Below, one piece after another: positions 26,913 through 32,834 of a stretch of 32,834 bases of DNA. How positions within the stretch are numbered: the first letter of the stretch is position 1; every line of letters starts with the position of its first letter. This DNA is from a candidate division WOR-3 bacterium. GTDB taxonomy: Bacteria; SDB-A. Location: contig JAFGSQ010000047.1 of the NCBI GenBank assembly GCA_016934535.1, forward strand, positions 1 through 32,834, written 5' to 3'. Both the position numbers and the translations under genes were made by a program. Under the pieces are notes generated by a model. The model did no database searches, had not been told where the DNA came from, and saw only the letters and a program-made list of their open reading frames with translations.

Positions 26913-28013
26913 TCATCTGTATTTTCCTGGAGTCAGAAAATAATCCCTGCCTTCGATATATTTTACAAGATTTTCAACGTGCTTTTCTATTTCAACGGCT
27001 GTTTTGCAGTAATCTTCGAAAGCTTTCCCCCACGGATCTGCGACGGCGTTTTTTTCGCACGAGAACTCTGCCAAAAGCTTTGTCTTTCCGGCTCCACCGT
27101 TTATTTCGACTTTTTTCTGTATTTCCGAGTCCATGGTCAATATCAGGTCGGCCCATTCGACATCTTTTTTATTTAATTTTTTGGGTTTTCCCTGAAAATC
27201 TATTTTGTGTCTTTCTTTCAGAGCTTTTCTCGCATTTTCCGAATAATTTGTGCTGATTTTTTTTACCCTTATTCCGACTGATTTCACACATAATTGCAGT
27301 TTCGATTTTTCAGTTTTCTTCCTGAAAAATGCCTCGGCGATAGGACTTCTGCATGTGTTGCCGGTGCAGACAAACATAACTCTGATCGGGTCCGATGCCT
27401 CGTATCTGATTTCCATGCCGGTTATCGCGCTTATTACAAACGGGCTAATCTCTCCTTTTCTCATGACAATTATTTTTCCCACGGTAGGTTCGATCACGGT
27501 CGAAGGAGGTCTGCGGGGAATTCGCCGATTCATATCCAGCGCCAAAATATCTTCTCCCGAAAACATCGATGATATCTCAAAAAGATTTGACGGGCTTTCT
27601 TCCCCGGACAAATTTACCGAAGTGGCCATAACAAAATTCAATGCTTTTATCAGGTCCAGAGGAGCCGGTTTTTTTGGGACTCTGACGGCGATTTTACCTT
27701 TTTCGTCGAGAAGATGAGGCGGCACCTTTTTTGATGCCTTCCCGACGACGGTTAGCGAACCGGGCCAATATTTTTGAGTCAATCCGTAAAGACGCGGATT
27801 GAAATTTTCAAACAGACGGTAAGCGCTTTCAATAGAAGGTGACAATACAGGAATTTTTTTATCCGGTTGCCTTTTTTTCAGATCCAAGACTTTTTTATAG
27901 GCTTTTTTGTTTTCTGGATCGAAAGCGAATCCCCAGACAGTGTCCGTCGGTATCAGAACCGTTTCACCCGACAAAACGGCAAAAAATGCCTCGAGTTTAT
28001 TACATTCGATCAA
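26913..28013 (-). CDS. Fusion of TsaC/Sua5-type threonylcarbamoyl-AMP synthase and low-molecular-weight (YwlE-like) protein phosphatase
   Basis: N-terminal PTDTVWG, LKKR..., YWPGSLT, AVRVP, TSVNLSG, PSTVI; C-terminal FVCTGNTCRSP and ADPWG. Confidence 0.88.
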   Translation of the reverse strand: MIECNKLEAFFAVLSGETVLIPTDTVWGFAFDPENKKAYKKVLDLKKRQPDKKIPVLSPSIESAYRLFENFNPRLYGLTQKYWPGSLTVVGKASKKVPPHLLDEKGKIAVRVPKKPAPLDLIKALNFVMATSVNLSGEESPSNLFEISSMFSGEDILALDMNRRIPRRPPSTVIEPTVGKIIVMRKGEISPFVISAITGMEIRYEASDPIRVMFVCTGNTCRSPIAEAFFRKKTEKSKLQLCVKSVGIRVKKISTNYSENARKALKERHKIDFQGKPKKLNKKDVEWADLILTMDSEIQKKVEINGGAGKTKLLAEFSCEKNAVADPWGKAFEDYCKTAVEIEKHVENLVKYIEGRDYFLTPGKYR

Positions 28014-28467
28014 CGGCGTAAAAATTCTCCCTTAATTTTTTTATTTTTTCTTTTAATACATTGTTGCCGAGGGCGAGAATTTCGACAGCGAAAATAGCCG
28101 CATTTTTTGCGCCTGCTTTATCGAGGCTCATAGCCGCTACGGGAACTCCCCCAGGCATTTGAACGATTGATAAAATACTGTCTATGCCCCGCAGCGGTGA
28201 AGAACTGACAGGAACGGAGATCACCGGCAGTATTGTCCAGCTCGCGACAACCCCTCCCAAATGAGCTGCGTAACCCGCAACTGTTATTACCACCTTGAAT
28301 CCTCTGCTTTCCGCGTTTTTTGCCAGTTCGGCAGTTTTCTCCGGAGTTCTGTGAGCTGAAGAAACTTCCAAAACGCTGTCCACTCCGAAGCTGTCAAGAG
28401 TCTCTTTCACGGTGTCGGCAATTTCAGAATCCGATTTGGATCCGGTAATTATAAGCACTTCAGTCAT
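28000..28467 (-). CDS. purE: N5-carboxyaminoimidazole ribonucleotide mutase
   Basis: GSKSD, SAHRTP, AG.AAHL.GV, SIVQMPGGVPVA, NAAI.A. Confidence 0.95.
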   Translation of the reverse strand: MTEVLIITGSKSDSEIADTVKETLDSFGVDSVLEVSSAHRTPEKTAELAKNAESRGFKVVITVAGYAAHLGGVVASWTILPVISVPVSSSPLRGIDSILSIVQMPGGVPVAAMSLDKAGAKNAAIFAVEILALGNNVLKEKIKKLRENFYAVDRM

Positions 28468-29404
28468 TATTTACCCCCAAAAGGTCTTGAAGTTTTTTTG
28501 AATCCGGCGACTGCCTGATTTTTTGCAATGCTTTTTCCTTGATTTGTCTGACTCTTTCCCTGGAAACACCTAATTCATTGCCGATTTTTTCGAAAGAAGC
28601 GGGAGAATAATCCTGAAGGCCAAAGTACATTCTCAAAACCAACTGCTCTCTCTCCGTCAGTTCTTTCATCAGTTTATTGACTTCCTGCTGTTCAACTTTC
28701 TTCAGGTAGAATTCTTCAGGAGAAGGATAATACCCCAGTAAATTATCATTGAAATAAGAACTCGCGGAATCGAGAGACAGATCTTTCTGGGCGTACTCAT
28801 AGGCTTCCTCTATGTCCCGGGAATTAACTTTGAGTTTTTCGGCAAGTTCACTAACAGTATATTTGGAATTCTCTGCGTCAAAACCGAATTCCCTGCCTTC
28901 TTTCAGTATTCTTCTCAGCTTTCCCGCTCTGTTGAAAGGTATCGAATACAACCTCTGATGAGTAATTATGTAATGCAAAATGTGCTGTCTTATCCACCAT
29001 ACCGCGTATGATATGAATTTGATGCCACGATCTGAATCGAATTTATTTGCGGCTTTTATAAGACCTATGTTTCCTTCGTTAACAAGATCCGTAATTATTT
29101 TTTTTTCCCTGTCGTAGTGAAGAGCTATTGACACGACAAATCTAAGGTTTGCTTTGACCAGTTTGTTGACGGCCTCACGTTTTTCATTCAAACTGCCATA
29201 TTTGATTTTTCTGCCTACTTCGTTTTCTTCTTCCGGCGAAAGCATTTTTTCTTTCCTTATCTCTTCGAGATATTTTTCAAATGTGTCTTCAGATATTGAA
29301 ATTTTCGCAGGGAGATTTTTTTCAAGAGACGGCGCGGGAAGAAATTTTTCCTGAAAAGCAGAAGGCAAAGAAAGAGAAGCCTTTTTATTGTTTCTCTTTT
29401 TCAT
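28460..29404 (-). CDS. RNA polymerase sigma70 factor, RpoD/RpoS-like, without region 1.1
   Basis: YLEEI...LSPEEE, LVKANLRFVVSIA, EGNIGLIKAA.KFD..RG.KFISYAVWWIRQ, SRERVRQIKEKAL. Confidence 0.92.
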   Translation of the reverse strand: MKKRNNKKASLSLPSAFQEKFLPAPSLEKNLPAKISISEDTFEKYLEEIRKEKMLSPEEENEVGRKIKYGSLNEKREAVNKLVKANLRFVVSIALHYDREKKIITDLVNEGNIGLIKAANKFDSDRGIKFISYAVWWIRQHILHYIITHQRLYSIPFNRAGKLRRILKEGREFGFDAENSKYTVSELAEKLKVNSRDIEEAYEYAQKDLSLDSASSYFNDNLLGYYPSPEEFYLKKVEQQEVNKLMKELTEREQLVLRMYFGLQDYSPASFEKIGNELGVSRERVRQIKEKALQKIRQSPDSKKLQDLLGVNND

Positions 29405-29434
29405 TTTCCGCTTCTTTCATTTCTTTTAGTCCGT

Positions 29435-30877
29435 TCAATCATACATCCATATATCGTCAAAGGGTGTAGCTTCTCTGAGTTTAGCTTTCTCGTTAAGCAA
29501 AAAAATGTTTTTGCCTTCAAGGGGATTCGATGAAAGCATATCGGTGATTTCCAGAGAAATCTCGGGAAAATCCTGGCCGAACGGTCTAAACGAGGCGAGG
29601 GTGAGAAGAACCTCATCGTTCAATTCGGATTTATCAGTTATGATATCTATCCTGAAGCGTTTTTCAATTTTTTCATGGTCAGGCGTTCGGCTCAAACTTT
29701 CAAAAAAACCGACAACTTTCTCGCTTTTTATTTTTGCTCCACAGGCTTTTTTATGACCGCCAAAAGAATTAAAAAAATGTCCGTTGTTTTCCAATACAGT
29801 CAGTGCGTCTCCACTGCAGGCTCTCGCTTCCACAGTTTCAAAACCTTCTTCGTCGAGCGCTCCGACGGCGAACACTTTCTTCCCTTCCGCGACAGAAAGC
29901 CTTGAAGCCAGGGAACCGAGTATGCTTCTAGGCACATCCACGTCGTGGAAAAACACATAAGGGCCCGCATATTGCTTTATCTTCAGCGCTTTTGCAAAGT
30001 ATGTTTCGCGAGCGTCCATCCATTCGCGGGATCTTCTCACCATTGCTTCGGCGTCAATTATCTCGGGTTTTTTTGTAAGAAACTCAAAGGAAGATGAGAT
30101 TCCGTTTTCCGAGGAGTCAGATGCAAGAGGCGAAATCACTATCTTTTTTAATTCGTCCGTTGAAGCAGGCAAAGGAGATTCCTGAACCGAACACAAAAGG
30201 TCAATCGATTCAAACCTGAATTTGTCGAGAGCTTCGAAGCCTCTTTTTACGATGGTCCTGTTTTCATCAAGCATGGGCACTCTGTCGCTTATCGTCCCGA
30301 GCGATGAAAGTATCCAAAGATAGGGGTCCTGGGAAAATTTCAATGCTAACTTCAGGGCGGTTCCGCTTCCGGACAATCCGCCGAACGGATAGAGGCTGTC
30401 TTCTCTTCGGCAATTCACTATTGTTCTTCCATCTAAAAAAGACGAAGGTATTTCATGGTGATCCGTAACTACGAGCTCGATTCCTGATTGTCTTAATATA
30501 GAGGCGGCTTCTGTGTCTTTGCTGCAACAGTCAACTGTGATGACCAGGTCGGGCTTATTCCGAAGAATCTCTCTTTTCAGTGATCCGATATTCATTCCGA
30601 TACCCTCTTTTTTCCTGTCGGGTATGTATGTTGTGATGCTGGCGCCTGCGGAAGTCAGCGCTAAATGTAAAAGCGCCGCAGAACTAATTCCGTCACAATC
30701 CTGATCGCCCCACACAAGAATGTTCCCGCCTTTCCTGACCGTTCTCTCTATTGTTTCCAACGCATCGTTGAAAGAAGGTATTTCATCGGGCTCTCGCCAG
30801 ATATCCTGAGACAGAAAATCAGGGGAAAGGCATCTGGCCGAGGTCACTTTCTCAATGAACTTTTCAACCGAAGCCAT
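29435..30877 (-). CDS. recJ: RecJ-like DHH-family ssDNA exonuclease
   Basis: GDQDCDG, TVDC, TDHH, GTISD.VP...ENR, GGH..ACG, RPFG; likely ATG 30877. Confidence 0.82.
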   Translation of the reverse strand: MASVEKFIEKVTSARCLSPDFLSQDIWREPDEIPSFNDALETIERTVRKGGNILVWGDQDCDGISSAALLHLALTSAGASITTYIPDRKKEGIGMNIGSLKREILRNKPDLVITVDCCSKDTEAASILRQSGIELVVTDHHEIPSSFLDGRTIVNCRREDSLYPFGGLSGSGTALKLALKFSQDPYLWILSSLGTISDRVPMLDENRTIVKRGFEALDKFRFESIDLLCSVQESPLPASTDELKKIVISPLASDSSENGISSSFEFLTKKPEIIDAEAMVRRSREWMDARETYFAKALKIKQYAGPYVFFHDVDVPRSILGSLASRLSVAEGKKVFAVGALDEEGFETVEARACSGDALTVLENNGHFFNSFGGHKKACGAKIKSEKVVGFFESLSRTPDHEKIEKRFRIDIITDKSELNDEVLLTLASFRPFGQDFPEISLEITDMLSSNPLEGKNIFLLNEKAKLREATPFDDIWMYD

Positions 30878-31563
30878 ATTTTCCCGTTTATTCTGTCCTG
30901 TGACACAGATAAAAATGAATTTCTCACCAGCTCCAAAACAGCCATGAAGCTGACAATTATCCATGGCTTGTCATGTCTTTCGTCGAGCACTTCAGAGAAA
31001 TTCACTTGCCTTGAGGCATTTTCGAGCATGATGTCAGTTATTCTGTCAATTCTCTCTTCAAGTGGTATCAGATCCAGGACAAATCTGAGTGATCTTATTT
31101 TTTTGTATCTTTGAGTCAGTTCTCTTGCAGCGTTTATCAAAAAAATGATGTCCATAAATTTTTCTGCGTCTTCGATGACTGGCCTTGCGGCAGGTTTCAC
31201 CTGATAATGCAACAAGCCTTCCGTCTCAAGGGATCGGATTTTCTTTGCCGCTTCCCTGAACTGCTGATATATAAGGAGTCTCTGAGTGAGTTCATCTTTG
31301 GACAGATCTTGTTCTGTCATGTCTTCGCTCTGTCTGGCTGGAAGGAGTGCTCTCGCTTTCATTCGCATCAATAAAGACGCCATGTCGAGAAAATCAACGG
31401 CGATTTCTATATCGAGCTCTTTCATCACTCCGATATAAGCTAAATACTCATAAGTAATGTGAGATATGGGAATATCATAGATATCGAGTCTGTCTCTCCG
31501 GATAAGATAAAGCAACAACTCCAAGGGGCCTTCAAAAATTTCAAGCTTTACAGAAAATCCCAT
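30844..31563 (-). CDS. scpA: Segregation and condensation protein A (SMC kleisin)
   Basis: FEGPLELLLYLI....DIYDIPI..IT..YL; K.R.LLP; F.A.LEL. Confidence 0.93.
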   Translation of the reverse strand: MGFSVKLEIFEGPLELLLYLIRRDRLDIYDIPISHITYEYLAYIGVMKELDIEIAVDFLDMASLLMRMKARALLPARQSEDMTEQDLSKDELTQRLLIYQQFREAAKKIRSLETEGLLHYQVKPAARPVIEDAEKFMDIIFLINAARELTQRYKKIRSLRFVLDLIPLEERIDRITDIMLENASRQVNFSEVLDERHDKPWIIVSFMAVLELVRNSFLSVSQDRINGKIWLRLKSSLRK

Positions 31564-31609
31564 TAATAATCAACACCAAACATCGAGAAAGTTAAAAATC
31601 TTTACAGAC

Positions 31610-32833
31610 TCATCGGAACATGCTCTTTGGATAACACTTGTCACATTCCGAACACCAAAAGTGCTTGCAAGGTTCGCACTTAACGAGCTGTTTTCCGCAA
31701 TCCGGGCAAGCGTTGATTAACGACTTGTCCAATGGCGGTTCTCTGTCATATATCGGCTGAATGTATTCCGAGCAATTTTCGCACCAATACCGTTTGTACT
31801 TCTCAACGTACCTGGGTACACTGCCGCATTTGGGACATGTGAAAACCTGCTCTTTTTCTTCCTGTCCTTTTTCTTTCAGGCTTTCAAACAAATCTGTTGA
31901 AGGAGGCACTACATTTACCTGTTCCAAACCGAAATTCAGAGGCATGTATTTCTCGCAATTATCGCACCAGTATCTCTGATACTGTTCAATGAATCTCACT
32001 TTACCTGAACAGTCTGGGCAAGATAATCTCTCTTTTTGATGAGGAGTCTCTTTAAGCTGTTCTTTGACAGTCCCGATTGAAGTTTTTTGAGGTTCGTCTA
32101 TGACGACCTCATCTTCGAGCTCGGCTATGCTCATTACAGGTTCCTCTGACGTTCCTCCTTTTTTTCCAAAACCGACAGGCATGTATTCTCCGCACGAGTC
32201 GCACCAATATCTGTCATACTGTTCAATGTATCTCGTTTTTTTACTGCACTTTTGGCAAACAAGGACTACTCCTTCTGTTTCTCCGGCCCCGACGACCGAT
32301 ATTTTTTCTTCCTGGTCGAGAGTTTCCACTTTTTCTTTTTCGTCGGCTAGATCTAGATCCGCTTCTTTTGTTTTGTCGAGTGACCCGGTATGTTCCTCTT
32401 CGGGAATATCTTCAATCGGTAATTCTTCTACAGAAAACGGCGATACGGGTTCTTCTTCCATTATAACCGATGTTTTATCATCAAAAACCTGTTCTTTCCT
32501 TACAGGTGATATCTCGTCCACTGAAACAGGAGTCGTTACTTCTTCCTGCTCCTCTTCAGTTACGGCTATTCCGACCCCTTTGAAACCTGGAGGCATGTAT
32601 TCTCCGCAGGAATCACACCAGAATCTGTCGTATTGAACTATATATCTGACTTCTTGACGGCACTTCGGACAAAACACACGAAGTTCGTCTTCCGGTCCCG
32701 TTTCAATTTCGGTGAGGACAGCTTCTTCGATATCCTGTGATTGCTCTTTCTCATATTGATCTGCTGAAGAAGCGCTATCGGTCATTGAAATCTGCTGAGA
32801 GGAGTACTGCGATTCTTCCTGATTAAGATCCGA
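31610..32833 (-). CDS. Acidic protein with five tandem CxxC-x14-CxxC zinc-ribbon repeats (5' end outside the window)
   Basis: Frame stays open upstream of ATG 32785 to the window edge (SDLNQEESQYSSQQISMTD...); repeats CPKC..RYI.QYDR.WCDSCGEY separated by Glu-rich linkers. Confidence 0.85.
   Translation of the reverse strand, partial: SDLNQEESQYSSQQISMTDSASSADQYEKEQSQDIEEAVLTEIETGPEDELRVFCPKCRQEVRYIVQYDRFWCDSCGEYMPPGFKGVGIAVTEEEQEEVTTPVSVDEISPVRKEQVFDDKTSVIMEEEPVSPFSVEELPIEDIPEEEHTGSLDKTKEADLDLADEKEKVETLDQEEKISVVGAGETEGVVLVCQKCSKKTRYIEQYDRYWCDSCGEYMPVGFGKKGGTSEEPVMSIAELEDEVVIDEPQKTSIGTVKEQLKETPHQKERLSCPDCSGKVRFIEQYQRYWCDNCEKYMPLNFGLEQVNVVPPSTDLFESLKEKGQEEKEQVFTCPKCGSVPRYVEKYKRYWCENCSEYIQPIYDREPPLDKSLINACPDCGKQLVKCEPCKHFWCSECDKCYPKSMFR
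32177..32608. repeat. Intragenic duplication trace: identical 18-mer AGGCATGTATTCTCCGCA at 32177-32194 and 32591-32608
   Basis: Exact DNA repeat within zinc-ribbon units 1 and 2. Confidence 0.8.
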
Positions 32834-32834
32834 C

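Noticed and set aside
38-32636. Numerous 60-230-aa antisense or alternate-frame ORFs in the track (e.g. 19792..20481, 18788..19372, 32100..32636)
   Set aside because: They overlap well-supported genes and show no recognisable motifs; treated as shadow ORFs.
31610-32785. CRISPR array or multiheme cytochrome
   Set aside because: The repeats are degenerate, in-frame protein repeats with irregular spacing; motifs are CxxC without the CxxCH His.

Overview
Gene-dense, moderately AT-rich bacterial window from what looks like an anaerobe. FlgD/T9SS-like C-terminal sorting domains and a region-1.1-less sigma70 hint at an FCB-related candidate lineage such as WOR-3, but that is only an inference. From left to right: (1) a truncated secreted protein and a large STAND ATPase-TPR regulator with C-terminal wHTH/BTAD, a small Cys-rich protein, wecB, and an orphan antitoxin-like gene with a possible nucleotidyltransferase remnant. 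(2) A long minus-strand run, moeA-moaA-moaC-MOSC-mogA (no moaD/moaE), followed by an alpha/beta-hydrolase lipoprotein lacking its catalytic Ser and His, an Ig-domain lipoprotein, a FlgD-domain protein, two paralogous ~285-aa unknown proteins and a translationally coupled radical SAM/SPASM enzyme. This end of the run is the best candidate for an undescribed system. (3) fdhC-mobA-fdhD, converging on a selenocysteine formate dehydrogenase (in-frame TGA plus SECIS, split in the ORF track) with AsrA/AsrB (sulfhydrogenase beta/gamma)-like partners. (4) A divergent TM1266-aspA-hydF-hydG [FeFe]-hydrogenase maturation operon, with no hydE or hydA in the window. (5) A housekeeping minus-strand run: zinc-ribbon repeat protein, scpA, recJ-like, sigma70, purE, a TsaC-LMW phosphatase fusion, a small CQLGCF protein and a small P-loop protein. 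No rRNA, tRNA, CRISPR array or mobile element was seen. All family assignments come from motif recognition by eye; no database searches were run.
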